Assembly (NCBI GenBank): GCA_963770895.1
Contig: CAVYRF010000002.1
Span: 2,720,001-2,784,000 of the forward strand
Source of the DNA: an uncultured Acidobacteriota bacterium
Lineage (GTDB): Bacteria > Acidobacteriota > Thermoanaerobaculia > Multivoradales > UBA5704
DNA: 64,000 nucleotides
Reading direction: 5' to 3'
Shown: piece by piece, positions 7,900 through 17,832 of the stretch
Position numbering within the stretch: the first letter of the stretch is position 1
Layout: every line of letters begins with the position of its first letter
Position numbers and translations under genes: made by a program
The notes under the pieces: generated by a model
The model's database searches: none
Seen by the model: only the letters and a program-made list of their open reading frames with translations
Told to the model about the DNA's origin: nothing

Positions 7900-10649
7900 C
7901 GCGTCTCCTCCTGGAAGCCGACGTACTCGGCGATTCCCCCCGGCACCTTGGGGCGCAGGCGGTGGCAGGACTGCTGCGGGTCGAGCTCCAGGGACTGCGG
8001 CCGGTCGGCGGTCAGCAGGCGGAACGGGGTGTCGCCGCCGCCGTCGACCCTGACCACGGTGTCGATCGTGCCCAGGTCGGTATTGAGCAGCAGGGGGCAG
8101 ACCGCCTGTCCCGAGGTGCGGTTGGTGATCCGACCCGTCACCACCCAACCGGCGCCGCGCCGGTGCTCTTCGACCGCGGCCAGCGTCAGCTCCGGCAGCG
8201 CGGTGCCGACGAAGTAGTCGCGGTACAGGCCGGCCAGGGAGGTGCCGCCGGCGCGCTCCAGGTCGGCCAGCAGCTCTTCGATCGTGCCGGTGCCCGGCCG
8301 TGCCAGGAACGCGTCGAGGCCGCGCACCATGGCTGCGTCGCCGACGCGCGCCGTCAGGTCGGCGGCGACGGCGGCGAGCCGCTGCTGCCAGGTCGTCCAG
8401 CCCCAATAGCGCGCGTCGAGCAGAGCGATCTGTAGCAGCGGCACCTCCCAGCGCTGCACCGCCAGCACCGCACCGGTCGACGGGCCGATGCCCAGGCGCT
8501 GGGCGACCAGCGCGCGCACCAGCTCGCGAAACAGGAACTGCTGCCGTTCCACCACCTCCCGCCGGGCGAGCAGGGTGGCGCCGACCAGCTCCGCGACCAC
8601 CTGCTCGGCGGGCAGCGGCGCGCTGCGCGCCACCCAGCCTTCGGGCACCAGGACCAGGGCGCCGTGGATCTCCAGCTGCGGCCCGTCTCCCCAGAGCGGC
8701 GAGGGTTCGAGGCTGGCCGGACCGTCCAGCGCGTCGGCGTCGAAGGGCGGGCTCCATTCGAGCAGCACCGGCAGCGCCGGCGGGGCGGCTCCCGGCCACG
8801 CGTGCGGCAGGCCCGCCGCCAGGGTGCGCAACGATTCGTCGTAGGCGGGGCCGAGCGCCCGGTGCTGCGGCAGCAGGGCGAAGACCGGGCTGCGCGGATC
8901 GGCGGTGGCCGCCGTCGCGGCGCGGGCGCCGCGCAGCGCCAGGTCGTCGAGCGCGGTGCGGCAGCGGCCGCGCAGCAGGCCGGCGGCGTCCGAGTGGTGG
9001 CCGCAGGAGTCGGCCAGGAACAGCCGCGGCGGTACGGCGACGTCGATGTCCAGGTCGACTTCGCGCCGCAGCTTTTCGCGCAGCACCTGGGCGGTCTGGC
9101 TGCCGCGGGGCGCCAGCTCCAGGCTGCTGAAGCGCGGTACCGGCGCCAGGTCGGACGCCGCCAGCTCGATCCGCCGCGGCGACACCGCGCGCACTTCGTA
9201 GGAGGCCGACAGGTCGGTGAGGTCGTGCGCGATGCGGTCCGCCTGCATCTGGCGCCAGCGGGCAAAGAACGCCAGGCCGGGCGCGGGCAGGTTGAAGTGG
9301 ACCTGGGCCGGCCGGCCGGCGACGTCAAAGGTGAGGCGGCGCTGGTCGCCGTCTGCCAGCGGCGGCGCCACCACGACCTGGATGCGGTCCCAGCGGCGCT
9401 CGGCGGTGGCGCTGCCGCGGTCCGCCTGCAGGCGCGTGACGGCGAGCGCCGGGTTGAGCAGGAAGGCCAGCCGGGATACCGCCACGCCGCCGGTGTTGCG
9501 CACGTCCAGCGTCGCCCGCGTGGCGACCTGGCCGCCGGCCGCGATGGCGCCGCGCAGCGTGCAGCGGACCGGCACGATCGCCGGCGGGGTCGGCGCCGGC
9601 CAGCCGCTCACCTCGGCCGCGTAGCGCGCCGCCGCCAGGTCGCGATAGCGGCCGTCCCGCCAGGCGAAGGCCGCCGCCGCCAGCGCCAGCACGGCGACCG
9701 CCGCCACCAGCGCCAGGCGGTCGGCGGCGTCGGGCACGGGGTCGGGGGAGTAGCGCTGGCGCAGGCGATGGAGCAGGCGCAGGAAGTCCCGCAGCGGGTG
9801 GGTGGGAGCGATCCGCCAGGGTCTGGCATCGCGCTGGCCGCGGCGCAGAAAGCTGGCTGCCACGCCCAGAGCGGCCAGGCCGATCGCCAGGGCGATCGCC
9901 GCGGCGCCCAGCCACTGGCCGGCGGCAGCCAGGGCGTCGTAGCCGCCTTCGCTGGCGACGATGGCCGGGCGTGCGCCGTAGTGGCGGCCGTTCAGGTAGA
10001 GCTGGAGGCGCTCCGCCAGGCGGTCGCCGCCGATCCAGGCAGCGGCCGAGTCGACGTGGCGGCCGCCCGCGGCGAGCAGCAGGTTGAGGCCGCCGGGGAT
10101 GAGCAGCAGCGCCAGCAGGCCCTGGACGCCGCCCGCCAGCACGCCGTCGGCGATGGTGCACATGCCGAGGCCGAGCGCCGACCCGGCGATCGCTACCGGC
10201 ATCACCCGCAGCGCCCAGGGCGCGACGACGTTGGTCCACTCCGGCGCCGGCGCCCGCGCCGCGAACGCCAGGGCGCAGGCGACGCCCAGAGGCAGCAGCG
10301 ACAGGCCGACGACGATCACGGCGAGCGCCAGCCAGCGCCGCAGCAGGTACCCGGCGTTGCCGGTCGCGCTGGTGGTCAAGGCGATCCACATGCCCTGGCC
10401 GCGCTCGCGCAGGATGCCGTCGCTGCTGGCGAGCAGCGCAAACAGGGCGGTGGCCGGCGGCAGCACCGTCAGCACTTCCGCGGCGTAGGTGGCGGCGCCC
10501 AGCTGCGTCGCCGTTTGCAGGCGAACCAGGTAGACCACCACCGCGGGCGCCGAGCACAGCGCCAGGTAGACACCGGCAGCGATGCGGAAGCGCGCCGAAC
10601 GCAGCGCGGTCCGCGCTTCGTGCGCCAGGAAGTACAGGGTCAGGCGCAC
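7896..10649 (-). CDS. ABC transporter permease with a C-terminal degenerate M1-aminopeptidase-like domain
   Basis: GTG start at 10649 (VRLTLYFLAHEARTALRS). Permease motif ILRERGQG and several TMs, then a large soluble domain with M1-like C-terminal motifs (LELDP) but no HExxH. Confidence 0.7.
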   Translation of the reverse strand: MRLTLYFLAHEARTALRSARFRIAAGVYLALCSAPAVVVYLVRLQTATQLGAATYAAEVLTVLPPATALFALLASSDGILRERGQGMWIALTTSATGNAGYLLRRWLALAVIVVGLSLLPLGVACALAFAARAPAPEWTNVVAPWALRVMPVAIAGSALGLGMCTIADGVLAGGVQGLLALLLIPGGLNLLLAAGGRHVDSAAAWIGGDRLAERLQLYLNGRHYGARPAIVASEGGYDALAAAGQWLGAAAIALAIGLAALGVAASFLRRGQRDARPWRIAPTHPLRDFLRLLHRLRQRYSPDPVPDAADRLALVAAVAVLALAAAAFAWRDGRYRDLAAARYAAEVSGWPAPTPPAIVPVRCTLRGAIAAGGQVATRATLDVRNTGGVAVSRLAFLLNPALAVTRLQADRGSATAERRWDRIQVVVAPPLADGDQRRLTFDVAGRPAQVHFNLPAPGLAFFARWRQMQADRIAHDLTDLSASYEVRAVSPRRIELAASDLAPVPRFSSLELAPRGSQTAQVLREKLRREVDLDIDVAVPPRLFLADSCGHHSDAAGLLRGRCRTALDDLALRGARAATAATADPRSPVFALLPQHRALGPAYDESLRTLAAGLPHAWPGAAPPALPVLLEWSPPFDADALDGPASLEPSPLWGDGPQLEIHGALVLVPEGWVARSAPLPAEQVVAELVGATLLARREVVERQQFLFRELVRALVAQRLGIGPSTGAVLAVQRWEVPLLQIALLDARYWGWTTWQQRLAAVAADLTARVGDAAMVRGLDAFLARPGTGTIEELLADLERAGGTSLAGLYRDYFVGTALPELTLAAVEEHRRGAGWVVTGRITNRTSGQAVCPLLLNTDLGTIDTVVRVDGGGDTPFRLLTADRPQSLELDPQQSCHRLRPKVPGGIAEYVGFQEETR

Positions 10650-11536
10650 TGCGGTGCCCCGCCCGCGGCCGCCGGCTGCCAGCCGAGAAAGGCGCGGTAG
10701 GCGGATTCCAGGTCGGGTTCGCGCGGCTGCGCGCCGGCGATGGGCTGGCGCGTCGCCACCACCGTCGCGGTGCCGGCCTGCCCATCGGCGCGCAGTCCCA
10801 GGTCCAGGCTGCCGGGCGGCAGCGGCGTGCCGGGGCTCACCAGGTACAGGCGGCCCGCGAGGCGCCGCATCAGCTCCGCCGGCGTGCCGTCGAACAGCAT
10901 GCGGCCCGCCGCGATGACGCCGATGCGGGCGCAGGTCGCCTCGACGTCTTCGACGATGTGGGTCGACAGGATCACCGTCGCCGCGGCCGCGACGTCGGCG
11001 ATCAGGTTGCGAAAGCGGATGCGCTCTTCGGGGTCGAGGCCGGCGGTGGGCTCGTCGATGACCAGCAGGCGCGGCCGGTGGATGAGGGCCTGGGCCAGGC
11101 CGAGGCGACGGCGCATGCCGCCCGAAAAGGTGGTGGCCGGGCGGTTGGCCGCGGCCGTCAGGTCCACCGCGTCCAACACCTGGCGCACCCGCTGCCGCAG
11201 AAGGGCGGCGGGCAGGCCGGGAAACCGCAGGCGCCCGCAATGGGCGAGGTATTCGCCGCCGGTCAGGCCGGCGAGCGGTGCAAAATCCTGCGGCAGAAAA
11301 CCGATCTGGCGGCGCAGGGCGCGGCGGTGGCGCGGCGAGCTCACGTCCTGACCGTCGTAGAGCCGGCTGCCGCGGCTGGGCTCCAGCGCCAACACCAGGA
11401 TCGACAGCAGCGTGGTCTTGCCGGCGCCGTTGGGCCCCAGCAGGCCGAACAGCCCTCCGTCGAGCGCCAGGTCGATGCCCTGAAGCGCCACCGTGCCGTC
11501 GCCAAACGTCTTGGCGAGATCGCGCACTGCAAGCAT
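10640..11536 (-). CDS. ABC transporter ATP-binding protein
   Basis: Walker A GPNGAGKT, signature FSGGMRRR, Walker B LLVIDEPT, H-loop STH. Start at MLAVRDLAKTF. Confidence 0.93.
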   Translation of the reverse strand: MLAVRDLAKTFGDGTVALQGIDLALDGGLFGLLGPNGAGKTTLLSILVLALEPSRGSRLYDGQDVSSPRHRRALRRQIGFLPQDFAPLAGLTGGEYLAHCGRLRFPGLPAALLRQRVRQVLDAVDLTAAANRPATTFSGGMRRRLGLAQALIHRPRLLVIDEPTAGLDPEERIRFRNLIADVAAAATVILSTHIVEDVEATCARIGVIAAGRMLFDGTPAELMRRLAGRLYLVSPGTPLPPGSLDLGLRADGQAGTATVVATRQPIAGAQPREPDLESAYRAFLGWQPAAAGGAPQCA

Positions 11537-11600
11537 GGCCGGAAGACTACAGGAAGGCCCGCAAGGTGTCATGGACGGTGGCGCCTGGTATCTTTGGCCG

Positions 11601-13565
11601 ATGAGCGAAGCCGAGTCGCCGCACGAAGAGGAAGAGATCCTCGGCAAGGCATACGACGCCCGGTTGATGCGGCGTCTATTGAGCTATGTCAAGCCTTACC
11701 GCGGGATGACCCTCGCATCGGTGGCGCTGATCCTGGTGTCGTCGGTGCTGCAGCTGGTCGGGCCGCTGGTCACGGCGGTGGCGCTCGACCTGTTCATGCG
11801 GCCGGACGCGCCGCGCGGCGCCGTGCTGTCCAACGCCGGCCGCGCCGTGCGCGACGTGATGATCGCGCACGGCATCGACCCGCGGCTGGTGCAGCCGCAG
11901 GGGCTGGCGGTGGCGGCGATCGTCTACCTGGCCGCCGTGGCGCTCACCTTCGTCACCGTCTATGCCGAAGGCTACGTGATGCAGCTGATGGGTCAGTACA
12001 TCATGTACGACCTGCGCCGCCAGATCTTCCGCCGCCTGCAGGAGCTGCCGATTGCATTTTTCGATCGCAATCCGATCGGCCGCCTGGTGACGCGCGTCAC
12101 CACCGACGTCGACGCGCTCAACGAAATGTTCACCTCCGGGCTGGTCGAGCTGATCGGCGACGTGCTGCTGCTCGGCGGCATCGTGGTGGTGCTGTTCTGG
12201 CTGGATTGGCGCCTGGCGCTGGTCGCCTTCGCGATCGTGCCGCTTTTGGCGCTGTTCACGCTGTGGTTCCGCGTCGGAGTGCGGCAGGCGTTCCGCAGCG
12301 TGCGGGTGAAGATCGCCAGCATCAATACCTTTCTACAGGAGCACATCACCGGCATGCCGGTGGTGCAGCTGTTCGGCCGCGAGCAGCGGGCCTACGACGA
12401 GTTTGCCGACATCAACGACAATCACCGCATCGCCAACGTGCGCTCGATCTTCTACTACGCCATGTACTACCCCGGGGTGGAGCTGATCACCGCGGCGGGG
12501 CTGGGCGCGCTGATCTGGGCCGGCGGCAGCCAGGTGCTGTCCCGCACCGTGTCGGTGGGCGCATTGATCGCTTTTCTGCAGTACGCCCAGCGCTTCTACC
12601 TGCCGCTTTCGGACCTGTCGGAAAAGTACAACATCCTGCAGGGGGCGATGGCCAGCTCCGAGCGCATCTTCCGGCTGCTCGACACGCCGGTGGCGATCGC
12701 CTCGCCGCCCGCCGCGCACGCGGTGCAGCCGGTGCGCGGCGACCTCGAGCTGGACCGGGTGACGTTCAGCTACCTGCCGGGAGAACCGGTGCTCAAGCAG
12801 GTGTCCTTCCGCGTGCGGCCGGGGGAAACGCTGGCGGTCGTCGGTCACACCGGCGCGGGCAAGAGCACGCTGGCCAACCTCCTGTTGCGCTTCTACGACG
12901 TCGATTCGGGTGCGGTACGGGTGGACGGCGTGGACGTGCGGCAGTGGTCGCTGCCGCTGCTGCGCCGCTCGATCGGCCTGGTGTTGCAGGACGTGTTCCT
13001 GTTCTCGGGCACCGTCGCCGGCAACATCCGCCTGGGCGAACCGGCGATCGACGAAGGGCGGCTGCGCTGGGCCGCCGGCGAAGTGCACGCGCTGCCCTTC
13101 ATCGAACGCCTGCCGGACGGGCTCGCCACCGCCGTGCGCGAGCGCGGTGCCGGTCTGTCGGTGGGGCAGAAGCAGCTGATCGCCTTTGCCCGCGCCCTGG
13201 CCTTCGATCCGGCGGTGCTGATCCTGGACGAAGCGACCTCGTCGATCGACACCGAGACCGAGCGGGCGATCCAGCAGGCGCTCGATCGCCTGCTACGCGG
13301 CCGCACCAGCGTGGTCATCGCCCACCGGCTGTCCACCATCCAGCGCGCCGACCGCATCCTGGTCATGCACAAAGGCGAGGTGCGCGAGCTGGGAACCCAC
13401 CAGGAGCTGCTCGCCCTGCGCGGCATCTACTACCGCCTCTACCTCCTGCAATACCAGGAGCAGGAGCTGGCGATCCACGCCCAGCAGGAGCACCGCCAGG
13501 CGGCTGCCGGCGCGTTATCCTTAGAAGCCGGTGAAGCAGCTCAGCCTCTTCGACTCGGGTCCTGA
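11601..13565 (+). CDS. MsbA-like ABC exporter (TMD plus NBD)
   Basis: N-terminal TM domain, Walker A GHTGAGKS, signature LSVGQKQ, Walker B ILDEAT, IAHRLST. Start at MSEAESPHEEEEILGKAYD. Confidence 0.92.
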   Translation: MSEAESPHEEEEILGKAYDARLMRRLLSYVKPYRGMTLASVALILVSSVLQLVGPLVTAVALDLFMRPDAPRGAVLSNAGRAVRDVMIAHGIDPRLVQPQGLAVAAIVYLAAVALTFVTVYAEGYVMQLMGQYIMYDLRRQIFRRLQELPIAFFDRNPIGRLVTRVTTDVDALNEMFTSGLVELIGDVLLLGGIVVVLFWLDWRLALVAFAIVPLLALFTLWFRVGVRQAFRSVRVKIASINTFLQEHITGMPVVQLFGREQRAYDEFADINDNHRIANVRSIFYYAMYYPGVELITAAGLGALIWAGGSQVLSRTVSVGALIAFLQYAQRFYLPLSDLSEKYNILQGAMASSERIFRLLDTPVAIASPPAAHAVQPVRGDLELDRVTFSYLPGEPVLKQVSFRVRPGETLAVVGHTGAGKSTLANLLLRFYDVDSGAVRVDGVDVRQWSLPLLRRSIGLVLQDVFLFSGTVAGNIRLGEPAIDEGRLRWAAGEVHALPFIERLPDGLATAVRERGAGLSVGQKQLIAFARALAFDPAVLILDEATSSIDTETERAIQQALDRLLRGRTSVVIAHRLSTIQRADRILVMHKGEVRELGTHQELLALRGIYYRLYLLQYQEQELAIHAQQEHRQAAAGALSLEAGEAAQPLRLGS

Positions 13566-16500
13566 CGATCCAGCCGCCGGCGATCGCGCGGGCGGCGCCG
13601 CCTCTGAGCGGCCGACCGGTGCGAGCCAGGCGGCCGCCGCGGCCGGCGGTGGCGGCCAGGTCGCCCCCGCCCTCCCGTTGCCGGGTGAGCAGTCCTTGCC
13701 TGCTGGCGGTCTTCTGCTGGCGGACAGTCTGCTGCCGGCGGATGGTCTGCTGCCGGCGGGCGGTCTGCTGCTGGTGCGCGGCGCCCGCGCCGCCCAGGCG
13801 GCGGTGCTGGCGCGGCTGGACCAGCTGGCGGCGGAGGCGCGCCGGGAGCCGGCGCTGCTCGGGCTGCCGGTGCGGGTGATCGTGCCGTCGCGCAGCCTGC
13901 GGCGGCACGTCGCGGCGCAGCTGGTGCGGCCGCGGGCGGCAGCGGCAGGCGGCGCCAGCTCCGGCCATCCGGCGGGCGGCGGGCCGCGGCGGGCGGTGGC
14001 CGGCGTGGTGGTGCAGACCCTGTATGGCGTCGCCTGCGAGGTGTTGGAGCGCGGCGGCCGCCCGGCGCGCCGCGGCGTCCACCTGTTCGAGACGCTGGTC
14101 GAGCGCGCGGCGCGGCGCGAGCCCATCCTGCGCCGCGGCCTGGGCGACCTGGTCGACGGCTTCCTGAGCGTGGCGGTGGTGGTCGCGGACCTGCTGGACG
14201 CGGCCTTCGAGCCGGCCCATGCCGAGGCTCTGGACGAGGCGCTGGCGAGCGACGGCCCGCGCTTCTGCGGCCGCGCCCAGGTCGAGCGCGCGCGGGCGCT
14301 GGTGCGCGTCGCGGCACGGACTGAGATGGGCCTGCGCGCGGCCGGTCTGGGGCGGCGTTCGACCCTGCTGCGCGAGGCGGCCGAGGCGCTGGCGGCGGCG
14401 CCCGACCAGGCGCTGCCCGCCAGGTCCATCGTGTTGCACGGCTTCATCGCCCCCAGCGGCGTCGCCGTCGACCTGCTGGCGATCCTCTGCCGGCGTCCGG
14501 GCGCCCTGCTGGTCGTGGACCAGCCGCCGCGGCCCAGTGCCGGCGCCGGCGGCGGCGGCGCTTACGGCGGCGCTGGCGGCGGCGGCCATGAGCCGGATGC
14601 GGTCGAGACCGCGGCCACGGCCCGCCTGGTGGAGCGCGCCGCCGGCCTGCTGCCCGTGCTGCGCCTGGGACACCATGCCGAGTCCGCGGACGCCGTCGCG
14701 AAAGCCGCGGTGCCACATGCCGAGCCCGCGGCTGCGACCGCGAAAGCCGCGGTGCCACATGCCGAGCCCGCGGCAGCCGCGGTGCCGCCGGCGCGCCTGG
14801 CCGCCTTCACCGCCGTGGGCGCCGAAGCCGAGGCGCGCGAGGTGGCGCGCCGCCTGCGCCTGCTGCTGGATGGCGCGGATGGCCGGCAGGGAGCTGGCGG
14901 CGGCGCGGCAGCCGTGTGGCCGGAGGGGCTGGCGGTGGTGGCGCGGGACCTGGCGCCCTACCGGGCGGCGTTGCGGCGCCACCTGTCGCGGCTGAACGTG
15001 CCGTTTTCGGGGATCGGCGAACCCGGCGGCCTGGTGGCGGCGGGCCGCCGCGCGGCGGCGGCGCTCGACCTGCTGCGCCTGGGGCCGGAAGCGCCGGCCG
15101 ATCGCTGGCTGGACGCCTGCGCCAACCTGTCGGCCGGGCTGCGCGTCGACCTCAGCCTGGCGCTGCGCGCCCTGGGCGCTGCGCGCCTGCGCGACGTGGC
15201 GGGCCTGCGCCACCAGCCCTTCAGCGGTGGCCTGGCGCTGCCCATCCGGCACGGCCTGCAATCCGTGGCGGCAGGCGACGCAGCGAACGCGGCGCCGGCT
15301 GCGCCGGGGGCCGCGGGTGCCGACGGGACGGGAACCCCGGCCGGTTTCGATGCCGACCGGTACGGCGCGGCGGGCGATGCCGCGGGCATGGCGGGCGCGG
15401 GCTGGAGAGCGGAGCCCGGCGGCCAGGCTGATACGGAGCCTGGCGGCCAGGCTGGTACGGAGCCCGGCAACCAGGCTGGTACGGAGCCCGGCAACCAGGC
15501 TGGTACGGAGCCCGGCAACCAGGCTTGTACGGAGCCCGGCAACCACGCCGGGATGGAGCCTGGCGGCCAGACTGGGACGGAGTCTGGCAACCAGGCCGGG
15601 ATGGAGCCTGGTGACCACGCCGGGGACGGCGGGACGGGGACGGGGCGCGAGGCGCCGCTGGACGAAGATGGCGAGGGGCGGGCGGTGGCGCGGGCGCGGC
15701 GGATCTCGGGGGAGCGGCTGCGCTGGGGGGTGCAGGCGGCGGCGCGGGTCCACGATCGGCTGGCGTCCCAGCCGCGGCAGGCGGCGGCGAGCGAGCAGTT
15801 CGCGCGCTTGCGCCGGTTGCTGGAGGAGCTGGGGCTGGGGGAGGCGGACCAGCCGCTGGCCGCGGCGCTGGCCCAGCTGGAAGAAGAGGTGCCGGCCGGC
15901 ATGTCTCTGGACGCCGAAGAGCTGCGCCTGCTGATGGCGCGGGCGCTGGGCGACCGCGGCCAGAGCCCCCTGGGCGGCGCCGGCGGCGGGGTGCAGGTGC
16001 TGAGCGTGGCGGAAGCGCGGGGCCGCACCTTCGACCAGCTTTTCCTGGTGGGCCTCAACCGCGACCAGTTCCCCCGCCCGGTGCGCGAAGACCCGCTGCT
16101 GGCCGACGACCTGCGCCTGGTCCTGCGCCGCGTGCTGCCCGACCTGCCGCTGCGGCGCGACGCCTTCGACGACGAGCGCCACGCCTTTGCCCAGCTGCTG
16201 TCGGCCGCGCCGGCGGTCTGCCTGTCGTGGCGGATCGGCGACGACGACGGCAAACCTCTGCCGGCGTCGCCGCTGGTCGAGCGGCTGCTGCCGGCCCTGG
16301 CGCCGCGGCTGGCGCCCGCGGTCTATGCACCGCCCCCGCCGGCGGCTGGACCGGACGTTCCGGGGCGCGCGGACGTGCCGCGGCCGGCGGACGAGCACGC
16401 CATCCTGGCGGGGCTCTACGGCAGCCGGCGCGACCTGGGCCTGGTGCTGCCGCTGGCGGTGGCCCAGGTGCGGCAGCAGTTGGGCCGGCCGCTGGTCGAC

Positions 16501-17832
16501 CTGGACATGGAGGCGGTGGCCGCCGGGCGCCTGCGCGTCCTGGAGGAGCAGGACCCCGATCCGCGCACGCCGGCGGGCCAGGCCGCCGCGGCCAGCCTGG
16601 GACCCTATTTCGGTTTCGTCGGAGCGCGCGCTCACCGTCCCGGCCACGGCCTGCACATCACCCACCTGGAAGCCCTGGCCGCCTGCCCCTGGCAGCTGTT
16701 CCTGGGCCGCGTGCTCCGCTTGGAAAGGCCCCCCGACCCGCTGGGCGCGCTGCCCGGCGCCGATCCGCTGCGGCTCGGCAACCTGGTGCACCGCGCCCTC
16801 GATCGCCTGATCCAGCGGGCCATCGGCGCGGCCGCAACCGCGGGCGTTGGCTCACCCTCGGACGGCGACCGGCGGGTGGCCGAGGTGGGACAGGGCCTGG
16901 GGCAGGCTGAGCTGGCTGGCCGGCGGCTTGGGACCGGCGAGCGACAGACGATCTCCGGCGCGGTTGGAGTGGCGGATGGGGCGGCGACTCGCGGCCCGGC
17001 GCACGGCGGCCGGGGAGCCGCGATGGACGGCGGTGCGACGGCGGTCCTGGTGCGATGGCCGCCGGCGCGCGACGTGGAGGCGGCGCTGACGGCGGCGGCG
17101 GCCGAGCTGCTGGCGGAAGATGGGCTGGCGCTGCCGGGATGGGCGGCGGCGCTGGCCGCGCATGCGCTGCCCTTCGTCGAGGCGGCGCGGCAGGTCGATT
17201 GGCCGGATGAGGGCGCGACGGTGGCGGTGGTGGCGAGCGAGGTGGCGGGCGAGCTGGTGGTGGAGCGGCCGGGCGGCGGGCCGGCGTTGCGCATCCGCTG
17301 CCGCGCCGACCGCGAGGATCGCGTCGACGGACGCCGCCGTTTCACCGACTACAAGACCGGCAAGCCGATGTCGGAGGCGCGCGACGCGGGCAGGCGGCGC
17401 CAGAAGCTGCTGGCCGACATCCGCGCCGGGTCCCGGCTACAGGCCGTCGCCTACCTGCTCGCCGCCGGCCAGGCTGCCGAAGGGCGCTATCTCTTCCTGC
17501 GCCCGGATCTGCCCGTCGCCGAGGCGCGCGAAGTCGCGGTGGAGACCGGCGACGCGGAAGCGCTCGCCGCCTTCGATGGCGCCATCGAGATCTTGCTGGA
17601 GGCCTGGGACGCCGGCGCCTTCTTCCCCCGCCTGCTCGATCCGGCCGGCCGCAAGGAGCCGCCCCGCTGCCAGTTCTGCGCCGTCGCCGAAGCCTGCGTG
17701 CGCTCCGATCCCGCGGCGCGCGGGCGCCTGTGGCGCTGGACCAGCCAGGCGCATGCCGCCGCCGGCGCCGAAGCGGCGCTGCTCGCCCTGTGGGAGCTGC
17801 CGCGGGCAGTGCAAGAGGAGGACCCCGCGTGA
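13531..17832 (+). CDS. addB: AddB/RexB-like inactive helicase with PD-(D/E)xK nuclease
   Basis: VIVPSRSL and ARGRTFDQLFLVGL motifs; nuclease motif ADR..DYKTG; four Fe-S-staple cysteines (AACPW ... CQFCAVAEAC); adjacent to an AddA-like gene. Start uncertain. Confidence 0.8.
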   Translation: MKQLSLFDSGPDDPAAGDRAGGAASERPTGASQAAAAAGGGGQVAPALPLPGEQSLPAGGLLLADSLLPADGLLPAGGLLLVRGARAAQAAVLARLDQLAAEARREPALLGLPVRVIVPSRSLRRHVAAQLVRPRAAAAGGASSGHPAGGGPRRAVAGVVVQTLYGVACEVLERGGRPARRGVHLFETLVERAARREPILRRGLGDLVDGFLSVAVVVADLLDAAFEPAHAEALDEALASDGPRFCGRAQVERARALVRVAARTEMGLRAAGLGRRSTLLREAAEALAAAPDQALPARSIVLHGFIAPSGVAVDLLAILCRRPGALLVVDQPPRPSAGAGGGGAYGGAGGGGHEPDAVETAATARLVERAAGLLPVLRLGHHAESADAVAKAAVPHAEPAAATAKAAVPHAEPAAAAVPPARLAAFTAVGAEAEAREVARRLRLLLDGADGRQGAGGGAAAVWPEGLAVVARDLAPYRAALRRHLSRLNVPFSGIGEPGGLVAAGRRAAAALDLLRLGPEAPADRWLDACANLSAGLRVDLSLALRALGAARLRDVAGLRHQPFSGGLALPIRHGLQSVAAGDAANAAPAAPGAAGADGTGTPAGFDADRYGAAGDAAGMAGAGWRAEPGGQADTEPGGQAGTEPGNQAGTEPGNQAGTEPGNQACTEPGNHAGMEPGGQTGTESGNQAGMEPGDHAGDGGTGTGREAPLDEDGEGRAVARARRISGERLRWGVQAAARVHDRLASQPRQAAASEQFARLRRLLEELGLGEADQPLAAALAQLEEEVPAGMSLDAEELRLLMARALGDRGQSPLGGAGGGVQVLSVAEARGRTFDQLFLVGLNRDQFPRPVREDPLLADDLRLVLRRVLPDLPLRRDAFDDERHAFAQLLSAAPAVCLSWRIGDDDGKPLPASPLVERLLPALAPRLAPAVYAPPPPAAGPDVPGRADVPRPADEHAILAGLYGSRRDLGLVLPLAVAQVRQQLGRPLVDLDMEAVAAGRLRVLEEQDPDPRTPAGQAAAASLGPYFGFVGARAHRPGHGLHITHLEALAACPWQLFLGRVLRLERPPDPLGALPGADPLRLGNLVHRALDRLIQRAIGAAATAGVGSPSDGDRRVAEVGQGLGQAELAGRRLGTGERQTISGAVGVADGAATRGPAHGGRGAAMDGGATAVLVRWPPARDVEAALTAAAAELLAEDGLALPGWAAALAAHALPFVEAARQVDWPDEGATVAVVASEVAGELVVERPGGGPALRIRCRADREDRVDGRRRFTDYKTGKPMSEARDAGRRRQKLLADIRAGSRLQAVAYLLAAGQAAEGRYLFLRPDLPVAEAREVAVETGDAEALAAFDGAIEILLEAWDAGAFFPRLLDPAGRKEPPRCQFCAVAEACVRSDPAARGRLWRWTSQAHAAAGAEAALLALWELPRAVQEEDPA
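14674..14790 (+). repeat. In-frame 42-bp tandem duplication (HAEPAAATAKAAVP-like units)
   Basis: cgcgaaagccgcggtgccacatgccgagcccgcggc occurs at 14697 and 14739. Confidence 0.85.
15412..15627 (+). repeat. 24-bp coding minisatellite, 9 units (EPGNQAGT)
   Basis: Nine contiguous imperfect copies of gagcccggcaaccaggctggtacg inside addB, with no spacers. Confidence 0.92.

Noticed and set aside
15412-15627. Possible CRISPR array
   Set aside because: Units are contiguous with no spacers, in frame within a CDS, and no cas genes are present.
13363-16791. 1142-aa minus-strand ORF (likewise 42252..45494, 19064..22045, 25331..27814, 34506..36902)
   Set aside because: Shadow frames of motif-supported genes.
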